Positions 11,756 through 21,200 of a stretch of DNA of 32,000 nt are shown here, piece by piece. The stretch lies in the NCBI RefSeq assembly GCF_021378375.1, contig NZ_CP076228.1:780001-812000 (forward strand), read 5' to 3'. The notes under the pieces were generated by a model. It saw nothing but the letters and a program-made list of their open reading frames with translations, made no database searches and was not told where the DNA came from. A program made the translations under genes and the position numbers. Source of the DNA: Wolbachia endosymbiont of Drosophila innubila (lineage in GTDB: Bacteria > Pseudomonadota > Alphaproteobacteria > Rickettsiales > Anaplasmataceae). Within the stretch, counting starts at the first letter, position 1. The number at the start of each line of letters is the position of its first letter.

Positions 11756-12238
11756 TTAAAATGGTATTTCATCGTCGAGTAGTTCATCTTTTATATCGTT
11801 GTCAAAACTTTCGTGTTTATCTTTTTGTTCTGTTTCACCTTGTTTGTATTCACTTGGCTTGTAATCAGAATTTGGCGCACTATTTCGTGAATCCAAGAGA
11901 GTAAGAGCGCTATTAAAATTATATAGAACCACCTCTGTTGTGTATCTTTCACCACCGTTTTGGTCAGTCCATTTTCTAGTTCTCAAAGAACCTTCAACAT
12001 AAACTTTACTGCCTTTACGTGCAAAATCTTTGACGATTTTTACTAATCCTTCACTAAAAATTACGATATTATGCCACTCTGTCTTTTCAGAGCGCATACC
12101 GGAAAGTTTGTCAGTCCAACTTTCAGACGTGGCTATTGAAAAACTTGCCATTTCTTTTCCATTTTGTGTAGTCCTAATTTCAGGATCTTTTCCTAAATTA
12201 CCAACTAGTATGACTTTGTTTATGGTACCACCAGACAT
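11756..12238 (-). CDS. ssb: single-stranded DNA-binding protein
   Basis: INKVILVGNLGKDPEIRTTQNGKEMASFSIATSESW...TEWHNIVIF, plus an acidic C-terminal tail ending DDEIPF. Confidence 0.97.
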   Translation of the reverse strand: MSGGTINKVILVGNLGKDPEIRTTQNGKEMASFSIATSESWTDKLSGMRSEKTEWHNIVIFSEGLVKIVKDFARKGSKVYVEGSLRTRKWTDQNGGERYTTEVVLYNFNSALTLLDSRNSAPNSDYKPSEYKQGETEQKDKHESFDNDIKDELLDDEIPF

Positions 12239-12305
12239 AATTATGCTCTAAATAAATCCTTTTATTATCTTATGTGAAAATACTATTGTCAAATTTAATT
12301 AAAAG

Positions 12306-12379
12306 TGCGCTTGGAGGGATTCGAACCCACGGCCTTTGCCTCCGGAGGGCAACGCTCTATCCAACTGAGCTACAAGCGC
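12306..12379 (-). tRNA. tRNA-Arg (anticodon CCG)
   Basis: Reverse complement GCGCTTGTAGCTCAGTTGGATAGAGCGTTGCCCTCCGGAGGCAA...GGTTCGAATCCCTCCAAGCGCA; acceptor GCGCTTG/CAAGCGC; anticodon CCG. Confidence 0.94.
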
Positions 12380-12392
12380 ATATATATTTAAG

Positions 12393-13211
12393 TTATTTAA
12401 TAGATAAGCCATCCAAGTCAAATTTTTGTTTTGGATAAAGCGTAAACATAATACTCCCATATCCAAAATATACATTTTGAGAATCATTCGCATGCTTTTT
12501 TATTGCTTTTTGATCTACGGTCCATACAAAAGTTACATAATTTTCAGTGACTGAGTGCACTTTTAAATCCTTAGTATTTATAAACAGTTTTCCATTTACC
12601 CATATTTTCCATGTATCGGGAGAAAGATATAAAATTGAGTCTAAACTCACTACCTTACCGTTGAAATTATCTGATACTTCCTCTTTTGCAGCTCTTGAAG
12701 ATCGTAAATTGAACTTTTCCATTTCATTGACCATTCTATTAACTGGCTCTTCATCAAAAAAAATGCTTTTTACGTTACTATATTGTGACAAAACGTCAAA
12801 GTCACTTTCCACTGCTTCTCTTATTATATCGTCCCGATCTGTATAGCTTAGTTTTTGATTGTTGATAAAGAAACACTCTTTTGCACGCAAATTTGCTATA
12901 TCAATAAAATCGTCGATTTCTTGATTGCCAACTTTAAGAATACTTTCAAAATATCTTTTTTCTATCATCATTCCATACTGAGAATGATGACAAACCATTT
13001 CATCATTACCTTGTTTTTCTATATATACGCATAAATTTCCACTATTTAATCCTAATATTTTATGCTCAATAAAATCTTCATTGCCAATATATTGTCGGCA
13101 AGAATACTCCTTACAAATTTCTATGCTTTCTATGATATCTTCACAACTGCAATATGCATTAACATTGGAAATGAGTAGCGTAAAAATAAAAAACAGCTTT
13201 ATGTTCATCAC
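12393..13211 (-). CDS. Secreted/periplasmic Cys-rich protein; weak PilP/GspC-like character in the C-terminal part
   Basis: Signal peptide MMNIKLFFIFTLLISNVNAYC; the DSILYLSPDTWKIWVNGK segment; 2 nt from the next upstream gene. Confidence 0.45.
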   Translation of the reverse strand: MMNIKLFFIFTLLISNVNAYCSCEDIIESIEICKEYSCRQYIGNEDFIEHKILGLNSGNLCVYIEKQGNDEMVCHHSQYGMMIEKRYFESILKVGNQEIDDFIDIANLRAKECFFINNQKLSYTDRDDIIREAVESDFDVLSQYSNVKSIFFDEEPVNRMVNEMEKFNLRSSRAAKEEVSDNFNGKVVSLDSILYLSPDTWKIWVNGKLFINTKDLKVHSVTENYVTFVWTVDQKAIKKHANDSQNVYFGYGSIMFTLYPKQKFDLDGLSIK

Positions 13212-13212
13212 C

Positions 13213-13821
13213 TTATCTACTTAATATAGTATACCAATCAAAGACTATATTAGCTCTCACTATCTCTATCATATTACCATTCAAAATCTGATTCATAGTT
13301 GCAGCATCAATATTTCTCTGCTTATTTAAAATAAGAGATTTGATCATAACATAACCTGGCAGATTTGGAATAGACTGTAGAAATAAAAAAATATGCTTAT
13401 CGCTGATTGAGCTTAAATTTAGGATCACTTCACTTTTTATTACTTTTGTGCGTTCACTTTTGTTGTGGAGCTCAACTTCTTCGGGTATAGAAATTGATAT
13501 TTCAGGTTCTAATATATAGTACTTTTTATATAACTTGCTAAGCTCGAAATTTAAATTTGCAATGTATCTGCTACTATGTAAATTTGAAGAGGAAATTTTT
13601 TTCCATAAATCTAGGTTTTTATTTAGAACAACTTCCTTTTTTTGAATTCCAGTAATCTGTAAATTAATAGAACGTATTTTATCAATCGCAATTTGGTTTT
13701 TATTATAAATCTTTTCGTTATAGATAACAACATATGTTAATAACCCTATTAATCCAACAGATAATAACAAATACGATATAAACTGAATTGTAGCTTTTCT
13801 TTTTAATTGAGAGATAGTCAT
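13213..13821 (-). CDS. Inner-membrane PilO-like protein (single N-terminal TM then coiled coil)
   Basis: TM TIQFISYLLLSVGLIGLLTYVVIY followed by helical INLQITGIQKKEVVLNKNLDLWKK. Size, topology and position match PilO/GspM-type proteins; motif-level similarity is weak. Confidence 0.4.
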   Translation of the reverse strand: MTISQLKRKATIQFISYLLLSVGLIGLLTYVVIYNEKIYNKNQIAIDKIRSINLQITGIQKKEVVLNKNLDLWKKISSSNLHSSRYIANLNFELSKLYKKYYILEPEISISIPEEVELHNKSERTKVIKSEVILNLSSISDKHIFLFLQSIPNLPGYVMIKSLILNKQRNIDAATMNQILNGNMIEIVRANIVFDWYTILSR

Positions 13822-13825
13822 TAAT

Positions 13826-15265
13826 CTACATTGCCTCTCCTATTTCAACATCAATAGATAGATTTTGCTCTTTAGCAGCAGGTAAGCTAGAAATATTAAT
13901 GTCATAGGTACGAAAATTATCGTTTAAATTTTTTCGTAGTTTCTCGTATTGATGAGAAATATTTTTACCGGATTGAAAATTAAACTTTAAAGTTGTGGTA
14001 ATATAACTTTTTGCCTCATTATAATTCCATTCAAATGATCGAAGCTCTATACCTGGTATTTTTAACTTTTCTACATACTTAACTTGTGTAAGAGGAGAGT
14101 ATTCTATTTTTGATAAAATATTATTGATATTAATAAAATCATAAATTTCATCTATTTTTTTTACATTATAGCTTTGGCTAAGTTTTGTTAATTGGTTATT
14201 TAAGGTGTTCTGCTTTGCTGATAAATTATCAACGACATTGAAATTTGAATACAAATTTAGCAAACAAAGGGTGTTTGTTATAACTAAAACCAGGGCGAAG
14301 TATAGAAAAATTCGAGGAGAGTTTAAATAAAGGTAATTGAATAGATAAAATTCTTTAGTTTCCTTTGTATTAAAAATAGCTGCTAATTTATTCTTAAAGC
14401 TATGAAACAAAATTATGGTATCGCAAAAGTTATCTTTTTCACTTATAGCTAGTTCTGCTCCTAATAGTTTGCCTAACTCATATGGAGTTAATATGTTCAC
14501 ACTGTTCTCTGAAAAATTTATGACTGATAAACTAGCTTTGATATCTTCTGACACTATGATACAAAGGTCGATAGGGTTATTTTTTTCAAACCCAAACTTA
14601 GTTAAGGATCGAATAGTATCTTGCACTTCCTGATATATTCCACCAGCGATAATTCCTGGTAAATTATCATTAGTAAATGATGTTAAGCGCGTAAATACCA
14701 TTTTATTCTCTTTGAGAACCACTTGTCTATAGCCTCCCGTTTTAGTTGCAGCAACTATAATTTTCCAATTATTAGGATCTTTATGTAGAATCTTTTTTGT
14801 TATATTACTTATTTCTATAGGAAACATTAATATTCCCTTAAAGTTGGAGCCTATCTCAATAAACACATTCAACCAATATTCTACTAAATGCTTTGCTTTT
14901 GATGAAACAAGAAGATAGCACCAGTTTTGATTGAATTTGTTTGGCTTCTCAACAAAAAAAACTGAACTTATGTCATTATTACGAGAAAAATGCTCCATCT
15001 TTGTTTTTGCTGATAGATAGGCACTAATCTTGTTTGCCCTTGTAATAAACTGTAGCGAGTAATTTTGATCTGCATGATTAAGCACCAGGTATAAAGGTGC
15101 TTTTTTATCTGACGAAAGACATGAAATTAAATCAGAAACTGCTTTATCGTTTTTGCCCTTAACAAAATACCTTTTATTTAAAGTATTATTTTTAAAATAT
15201 AGTAACATTATGCCTTCTTCTCCAATAGAAAGCATAAACTTACTTTTGGATTTTGAACTAAACAT
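13826..15265 (-). CDS. PilM/PilN-like fusion (cytoplasmic domain + TM + periplasmic domain)
   Basis: 479 aa; N-terminal soluble domain, central TM (IFLYFALVLVITNTLCLLNLY), then coiled coil and small alpha/beta domain (IPGIELRSFEWNYNEAKSYITTTLKFNF), as in PilN/GspL. Confidence 0.45.
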   Translation of the reverse strand: MFSSKSKSKFMLSIGEEGIMLLYFKNNTLNKRYFVKGKNDKAVSDLISCLSSDKKAPLYLVLNHADQNYSLQFITRANKISAYLSAKTKMEHFSRNNDISSVFFVEKPNKFNQNWCYLLVSSKAKHLVEYWLNVFIEIGSNFKGILMFPIEISNITKKILHKDPNNWKIIVAATKTGGYRQVVLKENKMVFTRLTSFTNDNLPGIIAGGIYQEVQDTIRSLTKFGFEKNNPIDLCIIVSEDIKASLSVINFSENSVNILTPYELGKLLGAELAISEKDNFCDTIILFHSFKNKLAAIFNTKETKEFYLFNYLYLNSPRIFLYFALVLVITNTLCLLNLYSNFNVVDNLSAKQNTLNNQLTKLSQSYNVKKIDEIYDFININNILSKIEYSPLTQVKYVEKLKIPGIELRSFEWNYNEAKSYITTTLKFNFQSGKNISHQYEKLRKNLNDNFRTYDINISSLPAAKEQNLSIDVEIGEAM

Positions 15266-15626
15266 ATTAACAAAGCATATACTTATCTAGAATTAAAAAG
15301 GCAATTTATTGAAATTCATTAAACGTTAGAGGGAAATATTGTTATAAATTTTCGCAGCAACATTATTTATATTATAATTTTTTTATAAAATTACCACTAA
15401 TATTAAGTTATTTAGATAACAAATTAAGAAAATTCATTAAGACGAATTTGTTGTTTTTCAAGTTGTAGGTAAACCTAAGCCACTTTAGCTATATCTGCCG
15501 ATTGACTTTAATTAATAAGAGTTATTAATCTATTTACTATTCTTGTAATATTATTTCTAATGGTAAAGAAATATATATTTTTCTGGAACAGTTGTTATTT
15601 CAGATACAGAATTTATTGTAAGTAAA

Positions 15627-17372
15627 CTAACCATTTGCTGAAGAGCGCTCATCTTCTGTGGTACTTGATGATGGAGCAACTAATTTGCTCAAAATCTCAT
15701 CTTTTGGTCCCATAGCGTAAATGATACCATCTGACATGAGGATCACCTTATCAACTACGGACAATAACGGTAGCTTGTGAGTGATGATAACAGTAGTAGT
15801 ATTTTGTTTTCTTGCAATGCCAATTGCATTAATTAAGCATGCCTCTCCATTGCTATCTAAGTTAGCGTTTGGTTCATCAAGTACTAAAAGTTTTGTGTGA
15901 CCATAAAAAGCTCTGGCAAGTCCAAGAAGCTGTTTTTGGCCGCCAGAGAGCGTTACTCCTCCAGGACCTCCTATTGTTGTATCATATCCATTTGGTAAGC
16001 TTAGTATTAGTTCATGTATTCCTGCAATTTTTGCTGCTTTGATTATTTCTTCAGGATTTGGATCTGGCCTCATGCGAGCAATATTAGCTTTGACACTAGT
16101 GTTAAATAACTCAATATCCTGAGGTAAGTAGCCAACATAATTACCAAAATTTTCTCGATTCCAAGTATATACATCAGCGCCATCTAGTCTGACTACACCA
16201 GATATTGGCTTCCATACACCAACAGTTAATTTTGCGATAGTGGATTTACCAGAAGCACTTGCACCAATAACACCAACTACATCTCCAGGATCTATAATGA
16301 ATGATATTCCTTTTACTGTCGGCTTATTGCTTCCATAAGGAGTAAAAAATACTCTATCAAATTCCAATTTTCCTTCAGGTTCTGGTAGAGCCATCGTTTG
16401 CTCTCTTTTTGGCGATGTTAATATAAGTCTTTGTAGCCTTCCATATGACATTCTAGCCTGATTTAAAAACTTCCAAGTATGAACCGCAGCGTCAAATGGT
16501 GCTAATACTCTACCCATTAAAATTGAAGCAGCGATGATGCTACCGGCAGTCTTATGAGCTGTGATTGCAAGTAATGCACCTGTTCCAATTACTGATATTT
16601 GCAGAGTTGAGCGCAAAAATTTAGTGATTCCAGTAATTACATTAGAGCGATTTTGTGCTTTAATTTGCATTGCTCGGTTCTGATCATTTCGTTTACACCA
16701 ATCAGAGACTATGAATTCTGACATGCCCATAGCTTCAACCACTTCTGCATTTCTTGTTGCAACATCTATAGCATTGATATTCCGTATAGTTTCTTCGTTG
16801 GTTTCTTGTAATATTCGTTTAGTGGCAAGTTCATTCCATATTGCCATAGAGACTAATATAATAATTCCAGTAATAGCTATAAACCCCGTGGAGGTATGTA
16901 TCATGAAAATCACAACAAGGTAAATTAACGACCATGGAGTATCAAACAGTGAGAATATACCATTTCCTGTAATGAAATTTTTTATCACTCCGAGATCTCG
17001 TATTGCTTCACCACTTGAAGTTGAGCTCTGCACTGACGTTAGCCTGATTGACCTTACTATCAGATCTGGTGTTGCAGTTTTATCGATCCAATCACCTATT
17101 TTTGCCATGGCTAAATATCGACAAGTTTCAAGCATTGCAGAACATGCAAATGCAGATAAAGTGATAATTGTCAGCATAGTTAGTGTTGATACACTTTCGC
17201 TCGATATCACCCGATCAAGCACTTGAGAGATATAAAGTGGTAGGAATAACATTAATAAATTGATTCCCGCACTAAACCAAAAGATAAACCAAAATGCACT
17301 TTTGCATTTTTCTAGGCAAACATATAGAGTACTTTGCTTCAATTCTTTTTTTATTGATGGCGTAATTTCCAC
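15627..17372 (-). CDS. Type I secretion-like ABC transporter (fused TM and ATPase, PrtD/HlyB-like)
   Basis: Walker A GASASGKST, signature LSGGQKQLLGLARA, Walker B LLVLDEPNANLD; N-terminal 6-TM region. Confidence 0.88.
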   Translation of the reverse strand: MEITPSIKKELKQSTLYVCLEKCKSAFWFIFWFSAGINLLMLFLPLYISQVLDRVISSESVSTLTMLTIITLSAFACSAMLETCRYLAMAKIGDWIDKTATPDLIVRSIRLTSVQSSTSSGEAIRDLGVIKNFITGNGIFSLFDTPWSLIYLVVIFMIHTSTGFIAITGIIILVSMAIWNELATKRILQETNEETIRNINAIDVATRNAEVVEAMGMSEFIVSDWCKRNDQNRAMQIKAQNRSNVITGITKFLRSTLQISVIGTGALLAITAHKTAGSIIAASILMGRVLAPFDAAVHTWKFLNQARMSYGRLQRLILTSPKREQTMALPEPEGKLEFDRVFFTPYGSNKPTVKGISFIIDPGDVVGVIGASASGKSTIAKLTVGVWKPISGVVRLDGADVYTWNRENFGNYVGYLPQDIELFNTSVKANIARMRPDPNPEEIIKAAKIAGIHELILSLPNGYDTTIGGPGGVTLSGGQKQLLGLARAFYGHTKLLVLDEPNANLDSNGEACLINAIGIARKQNTTTVIITHKLPLLSVVDKVILMSDGIIYAMGPKDEILSKLVAPSSSTTEDERSSANG

Positions 17373-17643
17373 AATCTTCCTCTTAATTTGATTACATGCA
17401 CCATATACAATTTTTATTACAAAAATATTAATAACGGTAGTTAGCTTACTTTAAGTGAGTAAAATATTAATATATGTGAATAGGAAATATAAACAATGGT
17501 AAAAAGAAGTATAGTTAATATTTCCTTCATTGCCTATAGCGAAGCTACGTCATACCGCGATTCATTCCATAGCTGTACGAACATTCATTTTTGAAGGTAA
17601 ACTGCATAGCAAATGGTGTCATGAAAGTAGCTGACACTGGGAT

Positions 17644-17969
17644 GGCTTTGTTGCATCGCTACTTATGAAAGGCTAACTATAATTAGGATTATAAGCAACT
17701 TATTGAAAATCTTGTTTTTTTGCAATCAATCTGATCAAATTTAAGAATAGTAATTTGTTATTTATATTAATAAATTTAATTCTATTGAAAATAGCTAAAG
17801 CATTGAAATTCTTGAATTTTAGCCAGATTAGTGAGTGGTAGTGAAATTTCTTTTACTCAAAATTAGGTATTCACTGACCGTTCTTGTTATAAATACCAGA
17901 ATAATAAGCTACTGATATTCTCCACCTTTTTTATCTTTAATCCATCATAGCTAGCGATGCAACAAAGCC
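17644..17969. mobile_element. 326 bp MITE-like or decayed IS with 17 bp perfect terminal inverted repeats
   Basis: GGCTTTGTTGCATCGCT at 17644-17660 and AGCGATGCAACAAAGCC at 17953-17969. Similarity continues imperfectly inward (ACTTATGA / AGCTATGA). No intact ORF inside. Confidence 0.7.
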
Positions 17970-18062
17970 CACCGATTCATTCTACTGCAACGCAGAAAAT
18001 TCGTACAATTGTGCATAATGTGGGGCTTCTGGCTACATTTTTCTATTGAACTCACCTTTTCT

Positions 18063-18854
18063 CTATGTGACAGATTTCGTATTAAATTTTAAATTTAATG
18101 CGCCTAGATATACAAGCATTCCTAGCAAAACCATAGGTATAGAAAGCAACTGCCCCATAGTTAAATCAAGCCACAAATAGCCAATTTGATAGTCTGGTTC
18201 GCGAAAAAACTCAACGAAAAAACGTGCTATTCCATACCACATAACTGCAATACCAGTTAACGCACCGTGATACAGTCTTATTCTAGTTAAGAAAAACAGT
18301 GAATTTGCAACTGCAAAAAGTAGCAGTCCTTCAAAAAGTGCCTCATAAAGCTGGCTTGGATGATGCAGCAAATTATCACCACTCTCTGGAAATACCATAC
18401 CCCATGGCATAGTTGTAACTCTGCCAAATAACTCTCCGTTTATAAAATTGCCTATGCGACCTAAAAATAAACCTATGGGAACTCCGCAAGAAACTAGGTC
18501 CAGTGCATAAAATGTAGGGATATTATGTCTTTTACACGAAATTATTACTGCAAGCAAAACTCCTATAGCACCACCATGAAATGACATCCCTCCTTCCCAG
18601 GTCTTCAATATCTCAATAGGGTTGCTTATATAAAGAACTGGATCATATATCAATACGTAGCCAAGTCTACCTCCAAGGATAATACCTACAATAGTGGCTG
18701 TTAATAACGAATCGTAAAAATTCTTAGTAAATATTTTTTGGTCATCTAGCTTATGTAAATACCAATATGCAAACACTATACCCAAAACGTAGGCTAAGGA
18801 ATACCAATATATAGAAACAGGACCGATGCTGAAAATTACTGGATTTAAAGACAT
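18063..18854 (-). CDS. lgt: prolipoprotein diacylglyceryl transferase
   Basis: GGRLGYVLIYDP, GGMSFHGGAIG, GRIGNFINGELFGRVT, HPSQLYEALFEG. Confidence 0.96.
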   Translation of the reverse strand: MSLNPVIFSIGPVSIYWYSLAYVLGIVFAYWYLHKLDDQKIFTKNFYDSLLTATIVGIILGGRLGYVLIYDPVLYISNPIEILKTWEGGMSFHGGAIGVLLAVIISCKRHNIPTFYALDLVSCGVPIGLFLGRIGNFINGELFGRVTTMPWGMVFPESGDNLLHHPSQLYEALFEGLLLFAVANSLFFLTRIRLYHGALTGIAVMWYGIARFFVEFFREPDYQIGYLWLDLTMGQLLSIPMVLLGMLVYLGALNLKFNTKSVT

Positions 18855-18860
18855 ATTTTG

Positions 18861-19310
18861 CTATAAATTATTCTTAGACAATCTACTTTTTTCACGATCC
18901 CACTCTCTCTGTTTTATGGTTGCTCTCTTATCGTAGAGTTTTTTTCCTTTTACAATGGCAATTTTAGTTTTTGCAAATCCTTTATCGTTAAAATAGACCG
19001 AAAGCGGCACAACAGTTATCCCAGCAGTCTTGATTTGACCAATTAGTTTATTTATCTCCTTTTTATGCAAGAGTAATTTACGTTCCCTTTTTGGTTTATG
19101 ATTTTTTCGGTTCGCAGCTTTATATTCTGCAATATGCATATTGTGCAGCCATACTTCGCTATTCTTTTCAACAACGTAGGCGTCGGAAATATTTACTTTT
19201 CTTTCTCTTAGCGATTTAACTTCACTGCTTAATAAGACCATACCCGCTTCAAATTCTTCTAAGATGAAATATTCAAACCTTGCTTTCCTATTTTCTGCAA
19301 TAACTTCCAT
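18861..19310 (-). CDS. smpB: SsrA-binding protein
   Basis: [41 protein letters not shown] and [15 protein letters not shown]. Confidence 0.96.
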   Translation of the reverse strand: MEVIAENRKARFEYFILEEFEAGMVLLSSEVKSLRERKVNISDAYVVEKNSEVWLHNMHIAEYKAANRKNHKPKRERKLLLHKKEINKLIGQIKTAGITVVPLSVYFNDKGFAKTKIAIVKGKKLYDKRATIKQREWDREKSRLSKNNL

Positions 19311-19430
19311 ATCTAAAGATATCTTTAAGCTTCAATATATTACAGAGTTTTTGACTTAATTCATAATAAAACAGTTATCCCAATAAATATAAGGTGCCAG
19401 GCTAGTCTGATAGCAACAGGATAACAAAAA

Positions 19431-19628
19431 TCAAGTAAGTGCTTTTTCTGTCTCTCTAGGCACAGGTTCCTTTACTTCTTTCATTTCAGGTTTAGGCTTT
19501 GACATTATATATTGACCAGCACCAACTATGAGCGCAGATCCTGCAGCTAGTCCAATTATTGCTGGTACAGATAGGGCAGTAGCAAATGCAAGTGCAACAC
19601 CAACTATCACTGCAGTTACAAAACACAC
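19431..19628 (-). pseudogene. Hydrophobic C-terminal segment split from the upstream ankyrin protein
   Basis: Glycine-rich double-TM segment (VIVGVALAFATALSVPAIIGLAAGSALIVGAGQYI) with basic/acidic tail. Its open frame extends upstream to KEQSAKNAIVKG, duplicating the IGKNAIVKE end of the ankyrin ORF. Confidence 0.5.
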
Positions 19629-19668
19629 AATAACACCTTTTACAATTGCATTTTTTGCAGATTGTTCT

Positions 19669-20208
19669 TTATTCTTTCACAATTGCATTTTTTCCAATTT
19701 GTTTTTCTTCCTTTTTCTCTGGAAGCTGCATTACATCTTTATTTTCAGTAAGATCCTTTGGCGTTTTTTTATTCTCATTTTTTAACGTTTGCTTTTTTTC
19801 CGCTTCCTCTAAAAGCTGAATTATACCTTGATCTTTAGTGAGGTCTCTTGGCGTTTTTCCATCAACATCTTTTAATGAAGGGTCTGCTCCAGCTTCTAGC
19901 AGAACTTTTACTATACCTTCGTGGCCATTTTTAGCAGCAAGATGTAAAGGAGTACGTCTATCACCATTTTTTGCCTTAACCTTTGCTCCTTTTGCGATTA
20001 GAGTTTTTACTACATCTTCGTGGCCATTTGCAGCAGCAACATGCAAAGGAGTCCATCTATCAGCATCCTTTATATTAACATCTGCTTTCTCAACTAGAAT
20101 TTTTACTACCTCTATGTGGTTCCCTTCAGCAGCAAGATGTAAAGGTGTACATCTATCATCATCTTCTGCATTAACATTTAGAGGTTGTCCGGAAACTAGT
20201 AAATTCAA
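19669..20208 (-). pseudogene. Ankyrin-repeat protein, interrupted at the 5' side by an IS element and frameshifted at the 3' end
   Basis: About four ANK units (RCTPLHLAAEGNHIEVVKILVEK, RWTPLHVAAANGHEDVVKTLIAKGA, RRTPLHLAAKNGHEGIVKVLLEAGADPSLKD, GKTPRDLTKDQG). The track's first codons (MNLLVSGQP) are encoded by the IS end. Confidence 0.8.
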
Positions 20209-20546
20209 GCATATTCCCTCTTTAACATAACCCTACTCATAGCTAGGTATATGAAATTCTCAGTGGATGTTGTGAGTAAATCATACTCCTTCGATAGCCT
20301 TCTATTCCTATTAACCCAAGCAAAAGTCCTTTCTACAACCCATCTTCTTGGCTGTACTTTAAACCCTTGTTCTCTTGTTGGTAGTAGCTCAGGTGGCGTA
20401 TCTTTGTGCACCCAAAATCTACATGGAGGCCTTTTAACAATTTCAATATCTATGTCATATTCTTCCTTTATGTGATTCTTTAAATTTCTTCCTTGGTATC
20501 CCATGTCAGCCCACATTTTTTTAACTTTAGTATATTTTGTTCTCAT
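20205..20546 (-). CDS. IS5-family transposase, C-terminal frame (ORF B)
   Basis: WADMGYQGRNLKNHI...RRWVVERTFAWVNRNRRLSKEYD (DDE C-terminal E motif region). The same open frame extends upstream (YDGSKKVKGRKRHIITDTQGF). Confidence 0.88.
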   Translation of the reverse strand: MRTKYTKVKKMWADMGYQGRNLKNHIKEEYDIDIEIVKRPPCRFWVHKDTPPELLPTREQGFKVQPRRWVVERTFAWVNRNRRLSKEYDLLTTSTENFIYLAMSRVMLKREYA

Positions 20547-20673
20547 ATTGTTTAATGCTATTTTAATACCATCTCTATCATTTTCGTTAGCAGCGCCTAC
20601 GTAACAACCTAGTATAAAACCCTGAGTGTCTGTAATTATATGCCTTTTTCTACCCTTTACTTTTTTACTTCCA

Positions 20674-21036
20674 TCATAGCTTTGATCCCCCCTTTTCTGT
20701 AGTCTTTACAGATTGACTATCTACTATACAGGCACTCGGCTGCTCATTCTTTCCTATTTTTCTTCTACTATATTTTGTAATTTCATAATTCATTTTCTCA
20801 AAAATTCCCTGCTTCTTCCATTGCCTGAACTGCTCATACACAGTCTTCCATAGCGGAAAATCATTTGGTAAATACCGCCATTGACACCCTGTACGCAATA
20901 CATAGAAAATTGCTTCTAATATTTCTTTTTTGCTATACTTTGGCAGCCTTCCTCCTTTCTTGTATGATACTCTGAAGTGTTTTTCTATTCTTGCCCATTC
21001 CCTTTCGCTTAGATCTGTTGGATACTTTTTTCTCAT
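20674..21036 (-). CDS. IS5-family transposase, N-terminal frame (ORF A)
   Basis: LSEREWARIEKHF...GRLPKYSKKEILEAIFYVLRTGCQWRYLPNDFP...ACIVDSQSVKTTEKGG. Confidence 0.9.
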   Translation of the reverse strand: MRKKYPTDLSEREWARIEKHFRVSYKKGGRLPKYSKKEILEAIFYVLRTGCQWRYLPNDFPLWKTVYEQFRQWKKQGIFEKMNYEITKYSRRKIGKNEQPSACIVDSQSVKTTEKGGSKL

Positions 21037-21200
21037 CTTTACCCCGTACTAAAATTTCAGATATTATAGCCTTTTACTTGTTTCCGGACAACCTCTGATA
21101 TAGATTTTATTATACTCTTTGGCATAACATTTGCAACATACTTTATCTATAAATGGAAATTATTATACTTGCAGCTAGACACAATTTGAAATAATTTACA

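Larger units (their letters stand above)
20181..21095 (-). mobile_element. IS5-family insertion sequence, ~915-916 bp (ISWpi1-like)
   Basis: Terminal inverted repeats GAGGTTGTCCGGAAAC(T/A)AGTAAA at both ends; encodes a two-frame DDE transposase. Confidence 0.88.

Noticed and set aside
19838-20230. 130 aa plus-strand ORF antisense to the ankyrin repeats
   Set aside because: Its repeated ARCKGVHLS pattern is just the reverse complement of ankyrin repeat codons.
20181-21095. Clean target-site duplication for the IS5-family element
   Set aside because: Flanking trinucleotides TCA and TAA fit a TNA target but differ in the middle base, so I do not claim a duplication.
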